Assembly (NCBI GenBank): GCA_965267575.1
Contig: OZ254086.1
Location: 160,001 to 224,000 of the forward strand
Reading direction: 5' to 3'
Source of the DNA: Calditrichales bacterium
GTDB taxonomy: Bacteria > Calditrichota > Calditrichia > Calditrichales > J004
DNA length: 64,000 nt
Below the pieces are notes generated by a model that was not told where the DNA came from, did not search any database, and saw nothing but the letters and a program-made list of their open reading frames with translations. Numbering within the stretch: the first letter of the stretch is position 1; every line of letters begins with the position of its first letter. Below are positions 19,460 through 28,842 of the stretch, in pieces. The translations under genes and the position numbers were made by a program.

Positions 19460-19916
19460 ATTAGTTAATTGTAGTCAGTTTTTAAGATTCAAGGGTTTCG
19501 GTCAAAAACATCCTGACACTTAGATGGTTCGTTCTGGCTTTTTCTCTTATTTGGTCAAGCAGTTTTTTCTTAGATCAATCCTGTTTATTATATTTGACCA
19601 TCCTCTAATTGAAGGTATGTTTTTGAAAACATATATTCCAAAGAATATTATAGGTTATGGGAATAGATAATAGTAGAAATCTTATTTTTGGATATTATAC
19701 AGAATGATCTTCAATAACATATAATTAGAAGCTTAAAAAACAGGAAGATATAAAATCGAAGAAATTTCAGTCGGCTCACTTACAAGTTATATGCTTAAAA
19801 ACCTCTCAGAAATATTTAGATAAGAAAAGCGAAGGAATAATGCTCTAGAAATATTCCTTCGCTAATCGTCTCGATAAATCCAGTATAAAATAGTATCTTG
19901 CTGTTAGACAGAATTA

Positions 19917-20300
19917 TTAAATATCAGAAGTACTTCTATCAAATCCAAAAGCATGAGTACTAAATTCAGCTCCCATATTCATTCCAATAGCTGCTTGTTT
20001 TAATTGCTCAGGAACATCTCCGCAAAAGAAAAAGGGCCCGGGTACCGCAATCTCAGTTAATTGAGAAAAATGTTTTGCCGCAGTACCCATCAAATGAAGA
20101 CCCAACGCTTCACCATCTTTAAAGAGATCGTGTACAATGATCGCATTCTCTTCATCTGAAAAATAACATCCCATTTTTAGACTATCCGGCTCATTTTCTT
20201 CCATAGTCTTATAGACCTCTTTATAGATCTCTTTAAGCTGGTCTAATTTACCGGGCTTTGCTGTCCACTTATAAAATACAGTTATTTGCTTGTCCTTCAT
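19917..20300 (-). CDS. hypothetical protein, antibiotic biosynthesis monooxygenase (ABM)-like fold
   Basis: WTAKPGK..L, EPD.L, F.D.EAL..H pattern; RBS AGGAGA; AT-rich. Confidence 0.6.
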   Translation of the reverse strand: MKDKQITVFYKWTAKPGKLDQLKEIYKEVYKTMEENEPDSLKMGCYFSDEENAIIVHDLFKDGEALGLHLMGTAAKHFSQLTEIAVPGPFFFCGDVPEQLKQAAIGMNMGAEFSTHAFGFDRSTSDI

Positions 20301-20449
20301 GATACATCTCCTTTTTATAGGTTAAGTGAGTTTTCGATACCTTTATCTGTCACAATCAATATATGGCATAAATATGTGTCTGCAAGGTGTCTTTTACGAC
20401 ATTTTCAAGGGTTGTTTTCGCCATTCTATATTTTTATATTGACATTACT

Positions 20450-21442
20450 ATGAAACATATAAGTATACTTATTCCAATTGGTAACTCAATAGTAGATACC
20501 ATAATTGCACCCTATAACCTGTTGCGGATGGCGAATACCCAATACAAATATTTAAAGCGGATCGATGAAGACCATTTAAAAATTGATTTGGTTAGTTTAA
20601 ATCTCGAACCAGTACTTTACAACCGCTTATTTCAGGTTAGTCCTACAAAAACAATTAATGATATTTTTAAAACAGATTTAATCATTGTTAGCGCGATCGA
20701 TGGAAATCTAGAAAAGGCTGTGGAAAGAAATAGGGATTATATACCCTGGATACGAAAGCAACGAATTGAAAACGAATCCGAAATTGCAAGCTTGTGTAAA
20801 GGTGCCATATTACTTGCTGAAACCGGTTTATTAAACGGTAAATCGTGTGCAACACATTGGACGGCTCACGATTTTTTTAAAAAAAAATATCCCAAAATAA
20901 ATTTAATACCGGAAAAGATAATCAGTGAGGATAATGGAATATACTCAAGTGGGGGAGCCTACTCATTCTTGAACTTCATTATATATTTAATCGAAAGGCT
21001 ATGCGGAAGAGAAACGGCTATTTGGTGCTCAAAGGTTTCGGAAGTTGATTTTGACCGAGAAGATCAGAGCCATTTTTTTATCTTTAAAGGGCAGAAAGAA
21101 CATAATGATGATTCTATAAAACAAGCCCAAATTTTCATAGAAAATAATTTTGAGGATAAACTTAATATTGATGACATTGCTCGGATGGTTAATATAAGCA
21201 ATCGTAATTTTCTAAGAAGATTTAAAAAGGCCACATCAGATACACCCTTGGTTTACATTCAACGTGTAAAAATAGAGGCGGCTAAAAAGAAACTTGAATC
21301 TTCTACATTAAATATTCAAGAGGTCATGTATGGGGTTGGTTATAACGATGAAAAAGCCTTTAGAAACACTTTTAGAAAATATACCGGTTTATCACCTTTG
21401 GAATATCGCAGCAAATATAATCGGGAAATGGCTCTTTTATAA
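20450..21442 (+). CDS. GlxA-family transcriptional regulator (DJ-1/PfpI + AraC HTH)
   Basis: SLCKGAILLAETGLLNGKSCATHW, RNFLRRFKKAT, VGYNDEKAFRNTFRKYTGLSPLEYR; divergent from the ABM-like gene. Confidence 0.92.
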   Translation: MKHISILIPIGNSIVDTIIAPYNLLRMANTQYKYLKRIDEDHLKIDLVSLNLEPVLYNRLFQVSPTKTINDIFKTDLIIVSAIDGNLEKAVERNRDYIPWIRKQRIENESEIASLCKGAILLAETGLLNGKSCATHWTAHDFFKKKYPKINLIPEKIISEDNGIYSSGGAYSFLNFIIYLIERLCGRETAIWCSKVSEVDFDREDQSHFFIFKGQKEHNDDSIKQAQIFIENNFEDKLNIDDIARMVNISNRNFLRRFKKATSDTPLVYIQRVKIEAAKKKLESSTLNIQEVMYGVGYNDEKAFRNTFRKYTGLSPLEYRSKYNREMALL

Positions 21443-21464
21443 TTTACCTTAAATAGTAAAACGC

Positions 21465-21570
21465 AAATAACAAAATACTGTAGCTGACCCGACACGTAGA
21501 CGATGATTTTCGCAAAATGCATTGGTAAACGTCTATCTTTAGGCCGGCGTCTAAGTATTAACCGTTAGCC
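21465..21570 (+). mobile_element. integron attC-like recombination hairpin
   Basis: TAAC(21468-21471)...GTTAGCC(21564-21570); AATACT[G]TAG pairs with CTAAGTATT leaving one unpaired base; inner TAGACG/CGTCTA pair; 106 bp. Confidence 0.5.
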
Positions 21571-21655
21571 TCCTTATACGACAGTCTTTTGTCCCTCCAA
21601 AAATGGTCTCCACATAATCAACCAATTTTTCAAGTCAATTGTTGCCTTGGCAATC

Positions 21656-22732
21656 TCACACAAACGGCGGCTTGATGATTTCCGCTTTGACGCGCCGGTT
21701 GCGGATTTCGACTTCGATTTCCGTGCCGGACTTGAAGTGCGGCCGTTTCACATAGCCCAGGCCGATACCCTTTTCCAGAATCGGTGAGACCGTACCACTG
21801 GTGACGATGCCCACTTCTTCATCATCTTTGTAGATTTTGTAGCCCTTGCGCGGGAAGCCGCTTTCCTGCAGTGTAAAAGCCACCAGGCGCCGACTGACAC
21901 CTTCTTCCTTCACTTTGCGCAAAACGTCCGCGCCGTTAAAATCGCCTTTGTCCAGTTTGGTAATCCAGCCCAGGCCGGCCTCCAGCGGGTTGGTGCTTTC
22001 GTCGATATCGTTGCCATACAGACACATTTTCTTTTCCATACGCAGGGAGTCGCGCGCGCCCAGCCCGATGGGTTCAATGTCAAACTCTGCCCCGGCTTCA
22101 AACACGGCCTTCCAGGTTTGCTCGGCGTACTGGTTTTCCATGTACAGCTCAAAGCCGGACTCGCCGGTGTAGCCGGTTCGTGAGATCACCATCGGCGCGC
22201 CGGCCAATTCACCTTCAATGAACCAGTAAAAGGGGATTTCTCCCAGTTTGACGTTGGTCAGCTTTTGCAAGGTGGCTTCAGCTTTTTTGCCCTGTACGGC
22301 CAGCTGGCTGATACTATCGCTGATGTCCTTGACTTCGCTGCCATCGATCTTGTTCTTCATCATCCAGGCCACATCTTTTTCGCGGTTGGCGGCGTTAATC
22401 ACCAGCCAAAATTTGTCGGCAAAGCGGTAAACGATCAGGTCATCGACGATACCGCCGTCTTCATAGCACATGGCGGAATATTGGGCCTGGTTTACAGCCA
22501 GCGTAGATGCATCGTTTATGGTCAGCTTTTGCACCAGGTCCAGGGCTTTGGGGCCGCTTATCTCCACCTCGCCCATATGCGATACATCGAACACACCGAC
22601 TGTTTCACGCACACGGCGGTGTTCATCGCGGATGCCGCGGTACTGGATGGGCATGTGGAAACCGGCAAACTCAACCATCTTGGCGCCGGCCTTTTCGTGC
22701 AAGTCATGAAAAGCTGTCTTTTTCAAAGCCAT
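21656..22732 (-). CDS. gcvT: glycine cleavage system aminomethyltransferase T
   Basis: FAGFHMPIQY, VFDVSHMGE, SRTGYTGESGFE, GLGARDSLRME, LYGNDI. Confidence 0.96.
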   Translation of the reverse strand: MALKKTAFHDLHEKAGAKMVEFAGFHMPIQYRGIRDEHRRVRETVGVFDVSHMGEVEISGPKALDLVQKLTINDASTLAVNQAQYSAMCYEDGGIVDDLIVYRFADKFWLVINAANREKDVAWMMKNKIDGSEVKDISDSISQLAVQGKKAEATLQKLTNVKLGEIPFYWFIEGELAGAPMVISRTGYTGESGFELYMENQYAEQTWKAVFEAGAEFDIEPIGLGARDSLRMEKKMCLYGNDIDESTNPLEAGLGWITKLDKGDFNGADVLRKVKEEGVSRRLVAFTLQESGFPRKGYKIYKDDEEVGIVTSGTVSPILEKGIGLGYVKRPHFKSGTEIEVEIRNRRVKAEIIKPPFV

Positions 22733-22757
22733 TGTTGTGCTCCTTGGATTTTAAAAT

Positions 22758-23360
22758 TTATGCCGCGTCCACCGGGCGGCTAAACAGATCGGGGATACGC
22801 ACCAGGTGCCGCATGATGATCAGCAGGCATATGGGTAAAAGCATAAGCAAAGTCTCGTCCCCGAACAACCAGCCCGGTGTAAAAAAGACCACAATGGGCA
22901 ACAGGAACGTGGCGATCAGATTAGCGATTATATGCTTGCGTATCAGGATGTAATAGATCAGCCAGATGCCCAGCCACAGTCCCACTAATACGGGCTGATA
23001 CAGCAGCAAGGCCCCGGCCGTGGCCGCCAGCCCTCGGCCACCGTGGAAACGCAGCCACACCGGATAACAATGCCCCAGCAGAACACCGCCCACCAGCGCC
23101 AGCAAAATCAGGAAATCGCCATTGAGGTATTCGCGGAAAAGAAATACCGGCGCAGCGCCTTTCAGGACATCCAGGATCAGCGCGGTAACGCCCAGCCATT
23201 TTTTCTGCGTGGAGCGCCAGGCATTCAGCGCACCCACATTGCCGCTGCCCTCCTCGCGGATGTCTTTCTTTTGCGTCGCGCGTACCAAAAGCCAGCTGAC
23301 CGGAATCGATCCGAACAGGTAGGCGATAACAAACATGATGGCATAAAAATAAGGCTGCAT
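22758..23360 (-). CDS. plsY: glycerol-3-phosphate acyltransferase PlsY
   Basis: YLFGSIP, DIREEGSGNVGALN, DVLKG, GHCYPVWLRFHGGRGLA. Confidence 0.9.
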   Translation of the reverse strand: MQPYFYAIMFVIAYLFGSIPVSWLLVRATQKKDIREEGSGNVGALNAWRSTQKKWLGVTALILDVLKGAAPVFLFREYLNGDFLILLALVGGVLLGHCYPVWLRFHGGRGLAATAGALLLYQPVLVGLWLGIWLIYYILIRKHIIANLIATFLLPIVVFFTPGWLFGDETLLMLLPICLLIIMRHLVRIPDLFSRPVDAA

Positions 23361-23413
23361 ATCCGCGGGCTCCGGCTAAAAGTCTTTAATTTAAGAAAAA
23401 GGTTAAATGTGAG

Positions 23414-23563
23414 AAAGTGCTCGTGTTTTAAAGTGCTAAGGTGTTCAGGTTGATGGAAAAAATTCGTAATTAAAGTTGATTTTTCATATTCTTGAAACCG
23501 TCATCGCGATTTCTGACACAACACTCTCAAACACCATAACACATCAACACTCTAACAAAGCAC
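23414..23563. repeat. two arms of degenerate ~8-nt tandem repeats in inverted orientation
   Basis: Left arm 23414-23453 is rich in GTGY (AAAGTGCT CGTGTTTT AAAGTGCT AAGGTGTT); right arm 23516-23563 has periodic AACAC. Confidence 0.5.
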
Positions 23564-25747
23564 ATGCAGCAAGCGCGTCAAATTCTAAAAGAGGTTTTCG
23601 GCTACAGCCAGTTCCGCCCATTGCAGGAAGAAGTCATCAAAAATATTCTGGACAAAAAGGACACTCTGGCCATTATGCCCACGGGTGGCGGCAAGTCGCT
23701 TTGTTATCAGATTCCCGCATTGCTGTTTGAAGGCATCACGGTGGTGGTTTCGCCGCTTATTTCGCTGATGAAGGACCAGGTGGAGCAGCTTAATGCCAGC
23801 GGTGTCGAGGCAGTGTTCCTGAACAGCTCCCTGGCGCGGAGTGAGTATGAACGAAATGTCCGGCGTATTTTAGCCGGTGAGGTCAAGCTGCTCTATGTGG
23901 CCCCGGAAACACTCTTGAGCGCGCGGTTGATTGCCTTGCTGGAATCACTGCAGGTGGACTGCCTGACAATCGACGAAGCACACTGTATTTCCGAATGGGG
24001 GCACGACTTCCGTCCCGACTACCGCCAACTGATCGGGCTGCGCGAACGTTTTCCCAAAGCCGTCTGTGTCGCCCTGACCGCCACAGCCACACCACGCGTG
24101 CAGCAGGATATCCGCAACGCCCTCGGTTTTCAGAGCGATAACCAGTTCATCGCCAGTTTTGACCGCAAGAATTTATTGATCCGGGTTGTCGCCAAAAGCG
24201 ATCCGTTGCGTCAGACGGTAGAGTTCCTTCGCAGCTTTCCCGAACAGTCCGGCATCATTTACTGTTTTTCGCGCAGGCAGGTAGATGAGCTGGCCGAAGC
24301 CCTGCGCGCCAATGGCTTTTCCGCGCTGCCCTACCACGCCGGCCTCAGCGATGACGACCGCCGCTACAACCAGGAGCTGTTCATCCGCGACGATGTTCAG
24401 ATCATTGTGGCTACCATCGCCTTTGGCATGGGCATCAATAAGCCCAATGTGCGCTTTGTGGTGCATTACGATCTGCCCAAAAACATTGAGGGCTATTACC
24501 AGGAAATCGGCCGTGCGGGGCGCGATGGTCTGCGTTCCGAATGCCTGCTGCTGTTTGGCTACGGTGACCGCCAGAAGATTCAATACTTCATAGATCAGAA
24601 AGAGGGCCAGGAGCGGCGCGTAGCCCAGCAGCATCTGGATGCCATGATCGACTATGCCGAGTCCATGACCTGCCGCCGCAAGCCCCTGCTGGCCTACTTT
24701 GGTGAACAATATGACGATGACAAGTGCGACATGTGCGACAACTGCCACAACGGTGAAACCAAATGGGACGACCTGACCATCGCGGCGCAGATGTTTCTCT
24801 CCTGTGTAAAGCGCACCGGCGAAATGTTTGGCGCCGGGCACGTGGTAAAGGTGCTACGCGGCTCCACGGCGCAAAAGGTGCTTAAATTCGGACACGATAA
24901 GCTGAGCACCTACGGCATCGGTAAGGAGTTCAGCGAAAAGCAATGGCTGCATATGTCGCGGCAGTTTCTGCGCCAGGGGCTGCTGGAAAAAGACAGGGAG
25001 GTTGGCAGTCTGCAGCTTACGGCCGCCGCTTATGAGGTGCTTAAAAAGGGCGTAAAGGTCTATGGCAAAATCGAGGAAGAAGCGATCAGCGCTACACGCA
25101 AAAAGGCGCCTACGGAGTATGACGAAAACCTGTTCCGCATTCTGCGCAGAGAACGCAAGGACATCGCCGACCGCGAAAACGTGCCGCCATACATCATTTT
25201 TGCCGACCGCTCATTGATGGAGATGGCCGCAAGCTTCCCGCGTTCGGAGGAAGAGATGCTGCAGTTGCACGGCGTGGGTAAAGCGCGCTACGCCCGTTAC
25301 GGCAAAAACTTCCGGAGCCTGATTGAGGATTATTGCCACAGGCATAATATTTCAGAAGCACCGTCACCTGCCATCATTAAAAAGGGAAGAACTTCCCGGG
25401 AACAGCGGCGCGAGAGAATCGCCCGCGGCATTGAACGCGGCCACAGCATAGAAGAAATGGCGCAGGAAGAGGGCATCAAACCGTCGACGGTGATGAACCA
25501 CCTGTATCACTATTACAGTGAAAACCCGGTTGCCAATGGCAAAATTGCCGCTCACCTTTTGCGTGGCTGCACGCTTCCGCCAAAAAAACAAAGCGCCGTG
25601 TTGAATGCCTTCGACAGCCATGGATGCGACATGCTGCGCCCCGTATTTGAAGCGCTGAATGAGACAATCGCTTATGACGATTTGCACCTGATGCGGTTGG
25701 TTTATCTGGCACGGCAAAAAGCCACGGAACAGAAAATAAATTCATAG
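23564..25747 (+). CDS. recQ: ATP-dependent DNA helicase RecQ
   Basis: MPTGGGKSLCYQ, DEAHCISEWGHDFRP, YYQEIGRAGRDG, Zn-binding CDMCDNC, HRDC VPPYIIF.D. Confidence 0.96.
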   Translation: MQQARQILKEVFGYSQFRPLQEEVIKNILDKKDTLAIMPTGGGKSLCYQIPALLFEGITVVVSPLISLMKDQVEQLNASGVEAVFLNSSLARSEYERNVRRILAGEVKLLYVAPETLLSARLIALLESLQVDCLTIDEAHCISEWGHDFRPDYRQLIGLRERFPKAVCVALTATATPRVQQDIRNALGFQSDNQFIASFDRKNLLIRVVAKSDPLRQTVEFLRSFPEQSGIIYCFSRRQVDELAEALRANGFSALPYHAGLSDDDRRYNQELFIRDDVQIIVATIAFGMGINKPNVRFVVHYDLPKNIEGYYQEIGRAGRDGLRSECLLLFGYGDRQKIQYFIDQKEGQERRVAQQHLDAMIDYAESMTCRRKPLLAYFGEQYDDDKCDMCDNCHNGETKWDDLTIAAQMFLSCVKRTGEMFGAGHVVKVLRGSTAQKVLKFGHDKLSTYGIGKEFSEKQWLHMSRQFLRQGLLEKDREVGSLQLTAAAYEVLKKGVKVYGKIEEEAISATRKKAPTEYDENLFRILRRERKDIADRENVPPYIIFADRSLMEMAASFPRSEEEMLQLHGVGKARYARYGKNFRSLIEDYCHRHNISEAPSPAIIKKGRTSREQRRERIARGIERGHSIEEMAQEEGIKPSTVMNHLYHYYSENPVANGKIAAHLLRGCTLPPKKQSAVLNAFDSHGCDMLRPVFEALNETIAYDDLHLMRLVYLARQKATEQKINS

Positions 25748-25821
25748 TGTTAAGCTGCCTTTGATAAATTGCGTCACACCCCGCCACTTTTTACTTTCCC
25801 GGAGTTTTTAAGGAGGAAATA

Positions 25822-26550
25822 ATGAACAAGAACCTGAGTGCCATCGTCTTTGCCATTGCCATTGTCGTTTTTGGCATCATTTTGTCCGTAACGTTTCTGG
25901 CCCGCAACAACGCGTTGAAAACCATTTCCGTTACCGGGCTGGGCAGCAAGGATTTCACGTCCGACCTGATTGTCTGGCGCGGCAGCTTTAAAAGGCAGGA
26001 CATGAACCTGAAAGCAGCCTACAGCGGGCTGGAAAAAGATCGCGAGATCATCCGCAATTACCTCAAGGAAAAAGGCCTTTCAGAGCAGGATTTCATTTTT
26101 TCTTCGGTCAACATGATCGAGCGCCAGGAGGCTGAATACAGCGACGGCAAATACATCGGGACGCGTTTTGCCGGCTACGAGCTGAACCAGGACCTGGAAA
26201 TCGAATCCACCGACGTGGAGAAGATCGAGAAACTGTCGCGCTCTATCACCGAGGTGATCAACCTGGGTATCGCTTTTTACAGCCAGCCCCCGCAATACTA
26301 TTACACAAAGCTTTCCGAGCTTAAGATTGAAATGATTGCCCGGGCCACGGAAGACGCGCGGGTGCGGGCCGAGCAGATTGCCGCCAATGCCGGTGCCGGT
26401 CTGGGCGGATTGAAGCAGGCGCGCATGGGCGTTTTCCAGATCACCGGCCAGAACTCCGATGAAGAGTATTCCTGGGGCGGTGTGTACAACACGATGGAAA
26501 AACACAAAACGGCGCGCATCACCATGCGCCTGGAATTTGAGGTGGATTGA
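25822..26550 (+). CDS. SIMPL domain-containing protein (DUF541)
   Basis: N-terminal TM, ISVTGLGSKDFTSD, LKIEMIARATEDAR.RAEQIA, GVFQITG. Confidence 0.85.
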   Translation: MNKNLSAIVFAIAIVVFGIILSVTFLARNNALKTISVTGLGSKDFTSDLIVWRGSFKRQDMNLKAAYSGLEKDREIIRNYLKEKGLSEQDFIFSSVNMIERQEAEYSDGKYIGTRFAGYELNQDLEIESTDVEKIEKLSRSITEVINLGIAFYSQPPQYYYTKLSELKIEMIARATEDARVRAEQIAANAGAGLGGLKQARMGVFQITGQNSDEEYSWGGVYNTMEKHKTARITMRLEFEVD

Positions 26551-26825
26551 TGCCCGAGGGCGTGGAGCTCACCGGCTGGATTATTGCCAGCCTGTGCGGA
26601 ATCCCCTGTAACCCCCTAAATCTCAGGGGGATGAAGAACCGGTACTGATTATACCTGCGGGATAAACTGTAGCTGCCACGTTTTGAAAAACGCCAAAGGC
26701 GTGGAACGATTATAGCAAAAAACCATTCCTAAAAAATATTAATCCCGAAGGGATGATATGATGGCCGTTGCTCTAAAAACGGAGAACGATAAAGAGAAAG
26801 AGAAAGAAAAAGACTGGAACGACCC

Positions 26826-27365
26826 TTATGCGCCAGGGGCCTTTACTTTGGATTCACTCGCTTCCTTTATCAGGCGCAGCATTTCGCGGCGTATCCAACC
26901 GCTGAACGGGCCAATGAAAAACCAGTATATGCGAAACATACGGCGGGCCCTGGCATTGGTGGCGTAAACGCGGGTTTCCGTGGTCAGGCGGGTTTGCTCT
27001 TTCCCGACGGGCTCAAGAAAAAAATTCCAGGCGGTTTTGGCATAGCCGCCCTGTGAAAACCCGATGAAATGATCGCGGTTGGTTTCCAGCAGTCCGCCGC
27101 CGGCCGTCCAGAAACGACCGATCAGGCCCCAGACGATCTCGCGGTTCTCCTCCACTTCCAGCAAAGTAAAACGCATCGATTGCAGCCCATCCATAGAAAA
27201 AGCCGATGCCGGCATGCCACGAAGGCGGAAGAGAAAACGAATCACCGCGGAGCGGCCCATGTTGACCTTAAAGGTATTATCCGCCACAACCGGCGGCGGC
27301 GCATCAATCATCACTGAGTATTTTTTAGCCACCTGGTAGCGGGGTAAAAACATGTCTATCAGCAT
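26826..27365 (-). CDS. hypothetical protein (DUF2867-like)
   Basis: LFRLRG, EIVWGLIGRFW, TRLTTETRV, FRIYWFFIGPFSGWIRR. Confidence 0.6.
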   Translation of the reverse strand: MLIDMFLPRYQVAKKYSVMIDAPPPVVADNTFKVNMGRSAVIRFLFRLRGMPASAFSMDGLQSMRFTLLEVEENREIVWGLIGRFWTAGGGLLETNRDHFIGFSQGGYAKTAWNFFLEPVGKEQTRLTTETRVYATNARARRMFRIYWFFIGPFSGWIRREMLRLIKEASESKVKAPGA

Positions 27366-27560
27366 AAGCCAATCTCCGGTGTGAAGACAATCGGACCAAA
27401 AATATTAAATAAACGCAATATGTGAGAACAGAGCTTTGTTAAAAGTAAAAATTTGCTTCACATTTATTTGATTTATGTCGAGCAAATGGGCAATTTTAAG
27501 GAACGGAATTATATTTTGAGCGTCCTTACACAATTCAAAACTAAAAATGGAATTTAACGT

Positions 27561-28725
27561 ATGTCCCATACCCATTCACGCGTCTCCCTGATCGAAGAGT
27601 TCAAGCATACAAAAATCGATTGGGTTACCACGCTGTTCATTACAATCTACCACGTTTTACTTTTCATTGCACTACCGATTTATTTAATGGCAACATCCCC
27701 GGGATGGCCGCTGATCGGTTTTACATTGTTTCTCATGGCCGGCTCACTGCTTAGTATTACGACGGGTTACCATCGCCTGTACGCGCACCGCACCTACCGC
27801 ACCCGGAAACCGGTGGAGTGGATACTTGTATTTTTCGGCACCCTGGCCACCCAGGGCAGCGTGATCCGCTGGTCGCATGATCACCGTTTGCATCACAGCC
27901 ACCTTGACAGTGAAAAAGACCCCTACGGCACCGATAAAGGCTTTTGGCATTCGCACCTGCTGTGGATGTTTAAGGACCATGTGCCGCTGGAAGAGCGCTA
28001 TTACCGCGATCTGAAAGAAAACAAACTGCTGATGTTCCAGCATAAATATTACGGCTGGCTGATGGCCGCCACTAACATTTTGATGATTATTCGCCGGCTT
28101 TTTGACCGGAGACTGGTTCGGCGCGGTTGTGATTTCTTTTCTGCTGCGTCTTTTCCTGGTGCATCATTCCACCTGGTTCATCAACTCGCTGGCACACATG
28201 TGGGGAACAAAGCCTTACTCCACCGAGCATTCCGCGGTGAATAACTTCATCCTGGCCATCCTCACCTACGGCGAAGGTTATCACAATTACCACCACACCT
28301 TTGCCAGCGATTACCGCAACGGCATCCGCTGGTGGCAGTTTGACCCGCCCAAGTATATCATCTGGGGATTGAGCAAGCTGGGGCTGGCCAGCGACCTGAA
28401 ACGCGCCGACGCACTGATGATTAAGAAAAAACTGGTGCAGGCAGACCGCAAGCTGCTGATCGAACACCTGGAACAGGTACCCAACCCCGAAGCCGGGGCA
28501 TTTAAGCACGCGGTGGAAAATCTCGCTGAAAAAGTATCTGAGACTATCGTTAACGCGAAGACCCAGCTTGAAGCCTACCGCGCGCTGAAGCGTGAGGGCC
28601 GCCGCGAAGACATCAAAAAGCTGCGCCGCGAAATCCGCCGCATGAAAAACAACGTGCGCCAGGATATGAAAACATGGCGTCGCCTGACCAGGCTGATCCT
28701 GAAACTGCAGCCCGCCACAGCCTAG
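27561..28725 (+). pseudogene. delta-9-type acyl-CoA/acyl-lipid desaturase split by a frameshift near 28087-28105
   Basis: His boxes HRLYAH and HRLHH in 27561..28244; FINSLAH and GEGYHNYHH in the +1 frame ending at 28725. Confidence 0.8.
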
Positions 28726-28742
28726 AAAAACTATTTTTAAAC

Positions 28743-28774
28743 ACCAAAGCCGGTCCCTTGGGCCGGCTTTTTTT
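28743..28774 (+). repeat. 32-bp direct repeat copy 1; also an intrinsic terminator after the desaturase
   Basis: ACCAAAGCCGGTCCCTTGGGCCGGCTTTTTTT, identical to 30716-30747. Confidence 0.95.
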
Positions 28775-28842
28775 ATTGTTTGATTTTTTTAAAGCATTCA
28801 GTAAAATAGTTAGAGTTTTCTAAAAATACTAAGGGAGTAAAT

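Noticed and set aside
19714-19862. Further hairpins in the AT-rich island (ATAAC...GTTAT; GCGAAGGAATA...TATTCCTTCGC) as additional attC sites
   Set aside because: No convincing L-box pairing or GTTRRRY end; the second is more simply a terminator for the ABM-like gene.
28095-28105. Programmed or phase-variable frameshift in the desaturase
   Set aside because: Only a T5 run is present, with no canonical slippery heptamer or long homopolymer.
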